From contig OZ024742.1 of the NCBI GenBank assembly GCA_964016885.1, positions 18,724,001 to 18,788,000 of the forward strand: DNA of 64,000 nt, given 5' to 3'. The stretch's first letter is position 1, and each line of letters begins with the position of its first letter. The stretch comes from Eledone cirrhosa. Taxonomy: Eukaryota. The position numbers and the translations under genes are program-made. The notes under the pieces were generated by a model. It saw only the letters and a program-made list of their open reading frames with translations. It was not told the origin of the DNA and did not search any database. Of the stretch, positions 38,667-51,035 are shown in pieces.

Positions 38667-38964
38667 TTGCCTTTTATAATTATGGAGTCAATAAAATATC
38701 TAATGACAAAGATAAACTAGGAGAAGATTACTTATATTAGAATATCTATTAAAATTCTTCATTATTTTCAAAAATATTTGAAAATTAGAAGCAGGGTTTT
38801 TCATAAGGTAAGAAAAGGGTTAAAATTGTAAGGTGTGGTCTGTGAGATCTCCCTGTTATTTTTAACATACTGAACGGCTAAGTCGCGTCTTAAACATATT
38901 TACAATTCTTCAATAATTGACTGTTAACTTTAAAGTAGACAACAAGTTTATATGTGGTATAGTT

Positions 38965-39087
38965 GCCTACTCTATTCTGTCCAGTGGGGCCTCGGGGCGG
39001 CCAGCACGTTGGCTCCATTTATTTATGACAGTGAGATATGGGGAGAGCGAGAAAGACGGAGAGAGTGACTATACCAGCATTGATGAA
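38965..39087 (+). repeat. Dispersed repeat shared with 55915-56390, with a single copy of the unit that is tandemly expanded there
   Basis: CTATTCTG...GGCCAGCACG..GGCTCC.TTT.TTTAT.A.AGTGAGA.ATGGG.AGAGCGAGA.AGACGGAG..AGTGACTATACCA.CATTG.TGAA aligns by eye. Confidence 0.75.
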
Positions 39088-39425
39088 TGATTTTGTAGAG
39101 TTAAATATTTAAAACATTCTGTCAATCCTCCATCCTCTCACCTTTATAATTATTTATGTTTGATTGTTTTCTTTAATATCTATAACTTTGATCAATCTAC
39201 TAAAGAAGACGAACTTAAAAACTGTATTGATCTGTACCAAATATATTTGAGGCAATATAGATATTGTTAAGGACAACAGAAAGACTAATTATATATTAAT
39301 TAGACTTCAAAGAAATATAATTTGATATATAGAAATCCTTATTATGGACAAAAATATATGTGCTTTTAATTACAAACACACGCAACACTCTCCCACATTT
39401 TCCTTCTTCTCCCTTTTGCTCCCCG

Positions 39426-39473
<48 letters not shown>

Positions 39474-39987
39474 TATATATATATATATATATATATACAT
39501 TATGAAGAGAGAAGAAACATTTAGATATAATTAGTAATAAATTGTATCATACCTAAACTGCTTCTAAATTCCTCGACTACGTAGTTTCGTGGCATAAACA
39601 AAAACAATATATCATAAAGATATAGAGTCCTTGCGAGGTCTGCCGACCTATCAAGAGGATACCTCATTTTACTAGTCTCAAGAACGCGTCTACACGACGT
39701 GAGAAAGAATCCCAAAAGGCGGAGGGGGAGATAGTCACGCGATATAACGGTCGAGAAACAGAGCTAAGCCTCTTATAACCCCGAAGAAAATACCACGGAG
39801 GCGGAGGGGGTATTTATATCGAGGCCGTAGAAGAGGTGGTGAAGGAGGCGAGAAGTATGAGTAATGGAAGCTTTCCAGCTGTCCCCACACTTCAAAGATT
39901 GCTCGACCAGAGGGAGTTATTAACAATATATTTAGAAACACACAGATACATGTGGACACACACATATATACATCTGTGTGTTTCTAA

Positions 39988-40084
<97 letters not shown>

Positions 40085-40099
40085 ATGTGTATGTATGCG

Positions 40100-40352
40100 A
40101 AAAGAATACGGAATCAACAAAGCAAACAACACAGTACAGTGAAGAAATATTAGGTTTAACACTTGATATAGTAGGAGAACAGTTTCTTCCTCTCCCCCGC
40201 TATCTTTCTATTTCATCCTTTATTTCTCATTCTATCTTCTGATGAAAGACTTGTTTCCGAAACATTAAAACATTTTTTCTATTATTTCAAGCATTAAACT
40301 AAAATATATTTTCATTGTACTATCGTTTGCTTTGTTATTTTTGTTTACTTTT
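40100..40352 (+). mobile_element. Diverged palindromic member of the 2007/28563 family with HHR-like motif
   Basis: Imperfect ~80-bp inverted arms. CTGATGA-AAGACTTGTTTCC-GAAA-CATTA at 40239-40267. Flanked by (GT)n and (CA)n. Confidence 0.6.
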
Positions 40353-40408
40353 CACACACACACACACACACACACACACGCTCGCGCGCGCGCGCATATG
40401 TATACATA

Positions 40409-41807
40409 TCCTAAACGGACGGTAGTCCGTTTAGTAATATTGTTGTGGTCGTGTTTTCGTTGGCAATCGTCTGTTTACGACAGTACAGCGCGGCTCTACT
40501 TTATTTAACTGAGATAAAACTTATATGAGCATGAACAGTAGATCATTACGCATCTTTTGGCTTAAAAATCTAGAAATTTGGTCCAGCGGGAAAAAGTTTA
40601 TAATCAAAGTTTGCTGATAAATCTTGTGTTCAAGTGAGTGAGTAGTAAGCGTGACGCTAGGGGAGGTAATCCAGAAATGACGAATTTTTTTCGGCGGAAC
40701 TCTTGTGATTGTGATTACGTTAGTCAAATGTAGTCAAATCGCCGAATCCCCTCCTCCTAATTGATTACGTCATTTCTGAACGGCCCTACTTGCGTCAGTG
40801 TGAAACATTACTTCACTTTTCACTGCTAAAATGCTTTTTAAATACTTCGTTAAAAATTTATGTTTATTATCAAAGCTATTTTTTGTACCAATCTATCAAT
40901 AGTTTGCGAAAATATAGGTAAACATGTGAGTTAAAGTTTTTTAATCGCATCGATCAAATGATCCCCCGGTCTGACGACGACCTCTGAATGTGGAACCCAG
41001 AGCCTATGAATGTGGAAACTATCTGTTGAATACCTGGTATATGAAGAGCAACCGATACGATCGGTCGGCGATCGGTCTTGAAGAAGAATGAAGAATGAAG
41101 TGAAATTTTGGTCTGGTTGTTGTCATCGGTGTTTCGCAGAGATGCCGGCACGAACAAAGGTGTCAGTGACACAAAGTTGTCCGCTTGAACAAAGGTGTCG
41201 GTCCGACAAAGGTGTCAGTCAGACAGACAGTCAGACAGTGTCACAGTCGGTGCGACAAAGCGATCGATGCGATTAAAAAAATTTAACTCACATGTTTACC
41301 TATATTTTCGCAAACTATTGATAGATTGGTACAAAAAATAGCTTTGATAATAAACATAAATTTTTAACGAAGTATTTAAAAAGCATTTTAGCAGTGAAAA
41401 GTGAAGTAATGTTTCACACTGACGCAAGTAGGGCCGTTCAGAAATGGCGTAGTCAATTAGGAGGAGAGGATTCGGCGATTTGACTACATTTGACTAACGT
41501 AATCACAATCACAAGAGTTCCGCCGAAAAAAATTCCTCATTTCTGGATTACCTCCCCTAGCGTCACGCTTACTACTCACTCACTTGAACACAAGATTTAT
41601 CAGCAAACTTTGATTATAAACTTTTTCCCGCTGGACCAATTTCTAGATTTTTAAGCCAAAAGATGCGTAATGATCTACTGTTCATGCTCATATAAGTTTT
41701 ATCTCAGTTAAATAAAGTAGAGCCGCGCTGTACTGTCGTAAACAGACGGTTGCCAACGAAAACACGACCACAACAATATTACTAAACGGACTACCGTCCG
41801 TTTAGGA
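40409..41807. mobile_element. 1.4-kb foldback/MITE-like element with ~546-bp inverted arms
   Basis: 40409-40955 matches the reverse complement of 41262-41807 with about 7 differences by eye. TA lies on both sides, and there is a 306-bp spacer with no recognisable coding sequence. Confidence 0.9.
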
Positions 41808-41926
41808 TACATATACATACATACATGATGATAGTTGCCCCCTAGTTATCGAGTATGGCCATTGCACGAGAAAAAAAATATTATAACAATAATAATAATA
41901 ATAACGACAACAACAACAATAATAAT

Positions 41927-41967
<41 letters not shown>

Positions 41968-42985
41968 CACACACATAAACATATCTATACACACACACAC
42001 ACACACGATAGCAATTAACAGCGCTGCGATCGAATGCGGCCTTTTAGCCCAGCCAATGATCTAAAATATCTTGTACAGAGTTGGCAACCAAAACATTCAC
42101 TGGGAATAGCCGGCTGTGGTTGGAGTTCATGCACTTTTGCATGTCGTTTGAGCCCCCTGCTGATTTACATCCTCTACCACATGCTTGGGAAGCATGATGA
42201 GTATCATCCTGGTGGTCAACCACTGGTCTTACTTTATGACTGCGAAGATGACTTTCGAGTCCAGCTCATACATACATATATACATACATATATACATACA
42301 ATGTCTTCTGTTTACTTCCTTCTCATGAGATATGGTGTGGTATATCGAAGAAATCACAATACAGAAGAAATAAAATACAGATCAAGGTGCAGTAAATGGG
42401 CAATAGATAGCACGGTTGGAGAATGCAAGGTTATACATATAGATATAGAGGATGGCAGAGTTGGAATGGTATCAGGTGATACCTAGTGTATGTTCGAGTC
42501 TTAATTTTCAATGTGAATCCCAAAAGCTCTGAAATATAGGATAGGGAATTCAGTCAATACAATACAGGGTATAGTAGAATATGTTGATTCTTTGAAGAAT
42601 CTATGAGGTCTGACGGAGTCTGAATGTTCCCCACAGGGAAGCAGCAATGCATGGTCCAGGTGGGCGGTAGACAGAGCTCAAAGCAGCCAAAATCCGAAAG
42701 GTGCGTAGTTAGTCCCGTGCTGGCGATAGCTGTACACTGCCGCTATTCATTATTACATCTGAAAGCGCTCGACATTTCCTGGAGCATTATTTATTTATGT
42801 TTGTTGGTTCACCACTGGATAGAACTGGTCATTCCGTATGGTCAACCTCGATGTAATATTAGGGAGAGCACTCAAAGTAATGCAACTCAGCCGTCTTCGT
42901 TTGTGTAGTTGGTGGTGCGAGTACGGAGTTAATTATTATAAAATAACAGGAGGCTGGACAGGTGTAATTCCTTAAAAGGTTTATT

Positions 42986-43043
42986 ATACTATGAACATTT
43001 CAATGACTGGGTTCAGTATGAATCCGGCGACATCATCAGGTAT
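42986..43043 (-). ncRNA. Type I hammerhead-like motif
   Basis: Minus strand reads ATAC-CTGATGA-TGTCGCCGGATTCAtacTGAACCCAGTCATT-GAAA-TGTTCA-TA-GTAT. Confidence 0.55.
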
Positions 43044-43312
43044 TCGAAATATAACAAAGGAATATAATAGACAAAATCCATGGGGCTGAAAATCAGAGAC
43101 ATGAGGGCGACCGAACATTTAGCAGCTTCTACCTCGGTCGGCCGCCCTCAAGTGGTGATTATTAATCCTACTTATGTCCATCTGGTGAAGGGGCATAGGC
43201 TTATAGTGTACTCAAGCAATTACACCAGTCCAGCCTCCTGTTATTTTATATATATATATATATGTATGTGTGTGTGAAGGTATATGCATATATATATATA
43301 TGTATGTATATA

Positions 43313-44436
43313 CGAGGTGTGTCAGAGAAGTTCCAGGACTGATGTCAGAAAAGATTTATTTGAAACCCAAACTTCACACTAAGTGGAGTATGTAACTGTA
43401 ATCTTAGCTCTCTGCAGCGATAAAACTTTTTTCTTCATAATTTTATATACATGTCCTCTGTTTCAGATCGTCAAGCAATGAGCACAGGGCAACGAACAAA
43501 CTTGAAGTTTCTGGTACGGTTGGGGAAAACTCCGTCAGAAGCACTGGGATTGCTGCAGCAAGTGTATGGCAAATGAGCTGGGCATGAATCGGGACAGCGT
43601 CTGGAAGATTCTCACTGAAGATTTGGACATGCGGAAAGTCTGCGCGAAGATTGTGCCAAAACTACTGAACGATGACCAGAAGGGTCGACGCATGCAAGTG
43701 TGCCAGGACATCCTCGATCGTCTTGAAACCGAACCAAACTTGCTAGGGACAGTCATCACCGGTGATGAGTCATGGATCTTCGAGTACGACCCGGAAACCA
43801 AACGCCAGAGCCTTCAGTGGAAGAGTCCATCGTCGCCAAGACCGAAGAAAGCACGACAGTCGAAGTCCAAAGTCAAGGTCATGTTGATCACATTCTTCGA
43901 TGTGAGGGGGATCGTCAACTGCGAGTTCTTGCCACAGGGCCAGACGATCAACCAACATGTCTACAAAGAGAAACTGCAGCGTTTGCTTCGTTCAGTGCGT
44001 GAGAAGAGGCGAGAGTTGTGGCAGGACACCTCGTGGCTGCTTCATCTTGACAACGCGCCTGCTCACAATGCCCTGAGCATCCGACAGTTCCTGGCCGAGA
44101 AGAACATCGCTGTGTTGGAGCAACCTCCCTACTCCCCCGCCATGGCTCCGTATGATTTCCTATTTCCGTGTGATTTTCCTATTTCCCAAGCTCAAGGGGG
44201 TCATCAAGGGGACCCGTTTTGAAGACGTGGACGACATCAAAAAGGCCCTGACGACGGAACTGCGGAGGATCCCGGAAGAATCCTTCCAGCAGTGCATACA
44301 AGCGTGGCAGAAAAGGATGGAAAAGTGCATTAGACTCAAGGGGGATTACTTTGAAGGAGAAAACTGTTCGTATGAAGTTTGGGTTTGAAATAAATCTTTT
44401 GTGACATCAGTCCTGGAACTTTTCTGACACACCTTG
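43313..44436 (+). mobile_element. Mariner (DD34D, irritans-like) transposon, internally deleted
   Basis: TIRs of about 64 bp (CGAGGTGTGTCAGAGAAGTTCCAGGACTGATGTC...) with a TA target duplication on both sides. Confidence 0.93.
43478..44388 (+). pseudogene. Mariner transposase pseudogene
   Basis: MSTGQRTNLKFLVRLGKTPSEA, KIVPKLL, TGDESWIFEYDPETKRQS, HLDNAPAH, PPYSPAMAPYDF and GDYFEG. There is a deletion/frameshift at 43566 and a ~20-bp duplication at about 44150-44187. Confidence 0.9.
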
Positions 44437-44499
<63 letters not shown>

Positions 44500-44954
44500 A
44501 TGTGTGTGTGTGTGTGTATATATAGATGTGTATGTGTGCATGTACGTCTCTGTATCTGTATGTATGCCTGTATTATGTCTCCTTACTAGCAGAGCTGTGT
44601 AGATATGTAGTTCATTGAACTTTAACGTTTCTATAGTTACTTTTCATTAATAATCACTGCCACTAGAACTAATCATAGTTGTTTATCAGTGATATTGGCA
44701 TATAACCGATGGACAGAGATCGATTAATACAAAATGAATGTCATCAAAAGACCTCGCCTGCTAATACGTTCACAAGGTAATCATTTATCTTTTCCTCTAC
44801 ACACTCTCCATACAATTAATAACATATTGATTAGGAGACACGGTGTCAACAGTTTGACCGATAACATATATTGAAGAATTATCCATGTAATGTCAGAGAT
44901 AAACGTCACCCCACTTGTTTAACGAACCACAATATCTCTACTGTGTTATGTTGA

Positions 44955-45320
44955 ATGTCAATATGGAATTTATCTTTAAACACTTCCTAGGTTTTGTTTT
45001 CTGTTTAACATTATGATATAACTACCAAGTATAAACAACGCACCGAAAGTGTCACAATATTTATGAGTAAGTATAGTGAAAACATGTAGCCTAGTGGTTT
45101 GTATGTTCGCTTTACAATCATAATGTCATTGGTTCGATTCCTGAGCCGTTTTGTGATCTTGAGCATAGTACTTCATTTCACCTCACCCCAGTATAGGGTC
45201 AATATGGGATTTGTGTTTTAACACATCGTATGTTTTGTTTTATGTTTAACATTATGATATTACTACCAAGTACAAACAACACACCGAATGTGTCACAATA
45301 TTCATATGAGTACAGTGAGT
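44955..45320. repeat. ~110-bp diverged direct repeats flanking a SINE B head
   Basis: GTCAATATGG...TTTAACATTATGATAT.ACTACCAAGTA.AAACAAC.CACCGAA.GTGTCACAATATT at about 44957 and 45198, with a partial third copy at about 45643. Confidence 0.7.
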
Positions 45321-45640
45321 CGTTAGAATGTCAGATAGAACGCTTTATGGTATTCCTTCCGTCTCTCTGCTCTCTAAGGTCAAATCCTGCCGAGGTCAAC
45401 TTTGCCTTTCATTCTATCGAGGTCGATAAAAAAAGTACCAGTCTAGTACTGGGGTCGATTCTTCCTCTATATCTCTTTCTCATTTCATCTCTCTCTCTCT
45501 CTCTCACTTTCTATCTTTCTCTGAAAGAAATCTGCTGTATTCAGACCTGATTAGGTGGGCTCTGCCAGGTTTAAAGTGCCCTAGAAACGCCGTATGTCAA
45601 CATGGCAACCCTACGACCCTATAAGGAGTTATGGGACCAT
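45313..45640 (+). mobile_element. SINE family A variant with extra 3' segment, also at 52397-52635
   Basis: GAGGTCAACTTTGCCTTTCA...GGTCGATAAAAAAAGTACCAGTCTA.TACTGGGG followed by a shared GAAATCTGCTGTA.TCAG...GAAACGCCGTATGTCAA segment. Confidence 0.7.
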
Positions 45641-46279
45641 ACATAAACAACACATCGAATGTGTCACAATATTTATATGAATTAGAGTTTCTGTCTGATG
45701 ACCTTGAGATAAACATATGAAACTCCAGAGAAACAAGACTCACTATTCAGCCTAAATAAAATGAATATATATGTCCAGTTTCTGCCGCAATCAGAACATG
45801 CGAATGTTTGATTGAAGTGACAAGGTGTCTATCTCATTCCTTCTTTCTTGCTTCTCCTGTTAGTCTTCAGTGTATTTCTCCTCCATATCCTCAATCCATT
45901 TTCACCAATGAGAATACAAAATTGGACGACTGGTAGCAGTGCCCTAAACTTCTTAACGGTTAATCTTATTCCTCTTCAAAGTGGAATTATTCTGTTATTT
46001 TATTATGTGTTCCAGCCGACAGGCTGAGGCCAAGCTGGGGCACGAGTAGGCACTCCATCGGTTACGACAAGGACTATTCCTGTTGATTGTTTCTATCTGT
46101 CCCCGCTAGAGCAAAAGGATGGTGATGGTCATCTAAAAAAAAACATAGCGTAATGAGGCTGATTGCTTGCAAACGAATCGAATATTATTATCATTCGATA
46201 TGAAACCCACGAATGCAATCTTGCAAAACAAATACAAAGACGAAGTATAAATAATTAGTTATAAATTTACTTCTATTGA

Positions 46280-47590
46280 ATGAACATCAACTATCTGAAC
46301 AACTACTTAAAACCAATGAAAAATATTGAAACAAACAAATTAAACAATCGAAATCCCCAATAGGGGGGAGGCACCACAACTGGGTTGTTTAATACCCCGT
46401 CGATAGAACAACCCTCAATTTCAGGAGCGTGTTGTGCAAGTGCTCCCTTCTTCCTTTTTCTCTCTTCTTCAACCTACAGGTTTATAAACAGAGAAGGCCC
46501 AATCACTCGGACCATTTTTGCCACATTCACCCACCTTTCAGTAAATTTACTGAGGTGCAGTACCTCTCTCTCCATTCTAATTCTGCTTCTAAAGTGGTAC
46601 CTAAAAAAGGGAATGAGTTGTTGTCCGGAGAGAAAGGCATATGTGCTCAGTCCTCTCAATCTCGTCCACCATATAACCTCTTTCACCATAGCCACTATAC
46701 AGAGGAAAACCGCCTCTCTTTCGTTTTTGAAAGAGGTTGGCGGTTTGATCCTTACTATGGACTCGGCAGTCACTTGGATTTGTCCCATACGCGACAGCAG
46801 TTGTTCTGCGTAGTTCCATAGGTCGGTTACCCCCCCCCCCCCTCCCCGGGCAGTGTACAATTGCGTGCAAGACGGTTTCAATGTCCTGCTCGCATCTTGG
46901 ATACGTCCTCTTGGAAGGATCCCTGCCGGGGCGTCCGTGCCTGTAGAACTTGTCTCGAACTGGTAGAGCTCCTCGGTAGCACTGCCAGGCCAGGGACCTC
47001 TGGAAGTTGTCCATAGGTCCCGGGCGGAAAGTGCTTCCAAACAGACTGGTGAGTTCGTCGACTTCGACGCCCAGGGTCTCTCCGAGCACGTCGTGGCCCT
47101 TGTGACGTACTAACCCGCTATAGAATGTCGAAGTGGAGTCTTCACTGAGTGCTGTTCCCGCTTGACCGAGGACTGTGAGCGCCTGAGCGCATTCAATATG
47201 CCAGGCGCCCATCCTCTTCGGTCTTCGCTTGACCCAGGACTGCAGCTCCGTCAGTGAGACAAGTTGCGGGAAGGCCTGTCTCACAAACGGTGCCCACACC
47301 GGTTGGTCGGTAAGGAATACCTGTAGATGCCGTAGCCTCAGCGCATGTTTGCGCATCATCAGCCACGTCATTCCCAGCCCTCCGTTAGAAGGGTGCTGAC
47401 AGCAGACGGATCTCCTCACCAGTGGCGCCTGCTTCTTCCAAAGGAACTGGAAGAGCACGACGGTCAAGCGGTATTAGATGACGGACGCTATGAAAGTGTT
47501 CGCCACCTCAGCTCGACCTTTCAAGGATAGTTTGCACTCTGCCCACTTCTGGGTGAGCATAAATGCCTTGGCCGTGACCTCGTTCCAGTT
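46280..47590 (-). mobile_element. 5'-truncated Tx1-clade LINE related to the 2.3-8.1 kb element
   Basis: QKWAECKLSLKGRAEVAN, GGLGMTWLMMRKHALRLRHLQVFL, GPMDNFQRSLAWQCYRGALPVRDK and ETVLHAIVHC closely match the first element. The 3' boundary is approximate. Confidence 0.9.
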
Positions 47591-47907
47591 AGCCAGAAAG
47601 ACAGACAGATAGATAAATAGAGAGATAGAGAGAAAAAGAGAGAGGCAGGCAGACAGGAAGAGCGACAAATAGATTTATCATTAATCTACTTTCTCATAAA
47701 TAAAATATAATACAGTGGATAGGTATAAAATATAAGTATCGATCTTGATGATCTTGTAATGATCTGCTCAGTTGATCTATATAAACTGAAGCATACGTGA
47801 CTGCTGCTGACTGCTGTAATATATTCGACATAAGCTATATTTTATCAACATTGATGTCAATAATGATGTATATAGAGATATACATCTAAGACCAAATAGA
47901 TAACATT

Positions 47908-48098
47908 ACGGTGGATTGGCAGTATTGGTAAAGGGTCGGACGCCATGCTGTGACGCATAGAGTTACAGCCCTTGCCATTCTGAGTTAAAATCCCGCCGAG
48001 GTTAACTTTGCCTTTCATCCTTACGGGGTTGATAAAATAAAGTACCAGTAATACACTGAGTAATTGCTGGCCTTGTGCCAAAAGTAGAAACAATTATT
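47908..48098 (+). mobile_element. SINE family A, full length
   Basis: A-box TGGCAGTATTGG, B-box-like GAGTTAAAATCC, core and tail present. Confidence 0.85.
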
Positions 48099-48213
48099 TA
48101 ATTCCTTGTCGGTTTCATTGACACAGTTATCTTCACAAATGACGTTCATCATTATAATCTGTATTAAACCTTTCATTAACGTATGTTAATGAAATACACT
48201 CTGAATTAATTAA

Positions 48214-48378
48214 TTGTTTCTACTTTAGGCACAAGGCCAGCAATTACCCAGTGCATTACTGGTACTTTATTTTATCGACCCCGTAAGGATGAAAGGCAAA
48301 GTCAACCTCGGCGGGATTTTAACTCAGATCGTAAAGGGACGTAACTATGCTGGAAAGCATGGCGTCCGACCCTCTACT
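48214..48378 (-). mobile_element. SINE family A
   Basis: Reverse complement of the family consensus. Confidence 0.85.
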
Positions 48379-48449
48379 GATGAATTAATTAATGAAATAT
48401 TTTGAGGAATTTCTAAAATTAATCTTCATTTTATTGTTAAGATCGTAAG

Positions 48450-48852
48450 GACAGTATCGGTAGAGCATCGGACAACATGCTTTGCGTCATATAGTTATGG
48501 TCCTTTACGTTCTAAAGCAGGCATGTCAAACTGAGGATCCCCCGAGGGTCACATGGATCAGATATGTGTTGTCTGAGGGCCACATACGACAACTAATTGC
48601 GCACATTACAACTAATTTTACGAAGATAAAACATGCTCGCGTGTAAAACCCTTTGTGCGGGCCACAGGTGTGCTTGTAAAGGGCCGCCTGTTTGACATAC
48701 CTGTTCTAAAGTCAAATCACACAGAGGTTAGATTTACTTTTCATCCTTACGGTGTCGATAAAATAAAGTACCAGTAACGTACTGGGGTCGATTTAATCGA
48801 CTTTTCCTTCCCACCAAATTGTTGTCCTTGTACCTAAATTAGAAACCATTAT
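48450..48852 (+). mobile_element. SINE family A interrupted by a hAT MITE
   Basis: The head at 48450-48517 and the body at 48712-48852 join seamlessly once the MITE is removed. Confidence 0.8.
48518..48703. mobile_element. hAT (Charlie-like) MITE, 186 bp
   Basis: TIRs CAGGCATGTCAAAC / GTTTGACATACCTG, a perfect 8-bp TSD TTCTAAAG (48510-48517 and 48704-48711) and internal GGGCC(A/G)C motifs. Confidence 0.92.
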
Positions 48853-49196
48853 CAAGGTGGTATTTGTTATCATAACAAAATATTCTAATATCAAATTATG
48901 TTAAAAGATTTTATTTCGAATATGAAATCTATTAAAATAAGTGGTTTTGTTTCATAGAAACGGAAGTGATTACAGCTGAGTTGGTATCAAAAGGGTTAAT
49001 ATACGGGTATATTCTTCTTCGGGGTGTACACAGTATATCTTATATTCAGTCATATAGGCCCTGCAGTGAAGAGGGATGGGTTATATATGCTTGAACTGTG
49101 TATGTATGGTGGGGGTGAGTGTGTGGGAATAAGTGCGAGTAAGTATGTGTGTGTATGTGAGTGTATTTGCGTGTGGGAATGCCCCAGCATATGAAG

Positions 49197-49520
49197 TCAG
49201 GTGGCCTTGTGGTTAGGGGATTCGGTTCACGATCGTAAGGTCGTGAGTTTGATTCCCGGCGGCGCGCTGCGTCCTTCGGCAAGACACTTTATTTCACACT
49301 GCTCCAGTCCACTCAGATGGCAAAAATGAGTTGTATCTGTAATTCGAAGGGCCAGCCTTTTCACATTCTGGGTCACGCTGAATCTCCCTGAGAACTACGT
49401 TAAAGGTACGTGTGTTTGTGGAATGCTCAGCCACTTGCACGTTGATTTCACGAGCAGGCTGTTCTGTTGATCGGATCAACTGGAATACTCATCGTCGCAA
49501 CTGACGGAGTTCCACTACTA
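49197..49520 (+). mobile_element. SINE family B (tRNA-derived CORE-SINE, octopus OR-like), full length
   Basis: A-box TGGCCTTGTGG, B-box GAGTTTGATTCCC, CORE-like GTCCTTCGGCAAGACACTTTATTTCACACTGCTCCAGTCCACTCAG and a short (ACT)n tail. Confidence 0.8.
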
Positions 49521-49766
49521 TAGTTATACAACAAGTAGCGACTAGCAACGAAGGAAGGTCAATGTGGTTGTTCCAGTTTATATCTTCCAAAACAATAACC
49601 GTTATTTCAATGTTATATTGAAAGAAACATATACAGGAATACACACACATACACACACACACACACACACATATATAAACAAAAATGTGTATGCATCGGC
49701 CTCTTACACATATATTTCATTTGTGTTGTATATATATATATTTAAGGAAAGTGGTAAATAATTCAT

Positions 49767-49800
<34 letters not shown>

Positions 49801-50269
49801 ACACCACACATAGACACATGCGCACACACATACATATATACCACACACAGACACATACACATACACCACACCAGACATACATATATATGGTCTGGTCTAT
49901 TTAGTGCGAGTGATTAACGTAATGGCCGACCAGTACGGATATGGAACATTTACAAGGCATTACTTATAAGAGATAAACCCCAGATAACGAGATTTCACTA
50001 ATAAATTAATGTATTACCTACACAGTTATCCTTCTATATTTCCGAATCCATTTCCGTTTAGCATTCGCCGTTAATCAATCTCTGTTAATGGATATTTTTC
50101 GGAGCAATCATGTATCATCGTCTCGTGTTAAATATCTCCATTGTTCTGTTAAACGTTGTCCCGTCATCTCTCAACTGTGAATTTACATTTCACGGACAAT
50201 GCGTAGTTATTTGTTTATTAATTCCAGAAGCAGTATCATGCCGAGTGCTGCATGGCTGGAATGAAACTC

Positions 50270-50800
50270 AGTGCTGCGAAAACTGGAGGCCTGCGCAGTG
50301 AACGCTACACGTGAATGGAGTTCCACTGAGGTAGGTGGGGTATTTCAAGTATCTAGGGACCGTGTTCAAGAGTGATGGAAGGCAGGCGGCTGAATTAAAT
50401 GCAAGAATTGCAAAAGCTGGTGCAGTAATGCACCGCTTCAGCATTCAGTAATGAGAAGGAAGGAGGTAGGCGTAAAAGCCAAACTTGCTATCTTCAATCC
50501 GGTATTCGAGCCAACCTTTACTATGGTCATGAATCTTAGGTAAAGACCGAAAGAATACGATCGCGAATACAAGCGGCCGAAATAGGGTTCCTCCGAAGAG
50601 TCGTTGGAATAACATTACTCGATAGAAAGCGTTGCTCGGAGATCAAACAGTCACTCCAGATAGAGTCGCTGCTTCTCCGAATTGAGAGATGACAGCTCTG
50701 ATACTATGGCAATGTGGTTAGAATGTCTCGGGAAAGAATCGCTGGACAGATTTTAGGGGTAAAACCAACCGGCAGGAGACTTAGAGGCAGACAGGACCCA
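50270..50800 (+). pseudogene. RTE-clade (Expander/Rex3-like) RT C-terminal fragment, decayed
   Basis: Translates to FKYLGTVFKSDG, ELNARIAKAGAVM, KAKLAIFN, YGHES, RIQAAEIGFLRRVVG and PTGRRLRGR, with stops and frameshifts. Confidence 0.82.
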
Positions 50801-50821
50801 CTAGAAAGAGTGTTTGAGAAC

Positions 50822-51035
50822 TCGATAAAATAAAGTACCAATAACGCACTGAGTTCGATTTAATCGACTTTCCCTTCCCCTAAAATATCAGGCCGTGCCT
50901 ACATAAATCAGAAACCATTATCAAATCCCGCCGAGGTTAACTTTGCTTTTCATCCTTACAGGGTCGATAAAATAAAGTACCAGTAATGCACTGGGATAAT
51001 TTCTGGCCTTGTGCCAAAAGTAGAAACAATTATCA
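50822..51035 (+). mobile_element. Two tandem partial SINE family A copies
   Basis: TCGATAAAATAAAGTACCA occurs twice, each with its own 3' tail. Confidence 0.75.

Noticed and set aside
40965-41037. Hammerhead in the foldback spacer (CTGACGA...GAAA)
   Set aside because: Stem III and the NUH site cannot be formed in register with stem I.
45695-45730. CTGATGA...GAAA motif (also at 52671-52700, and CTGAAGA at 30482)
   Set aside because: No convincing stems I and II. These are possibly very old remnants but are not supportable.
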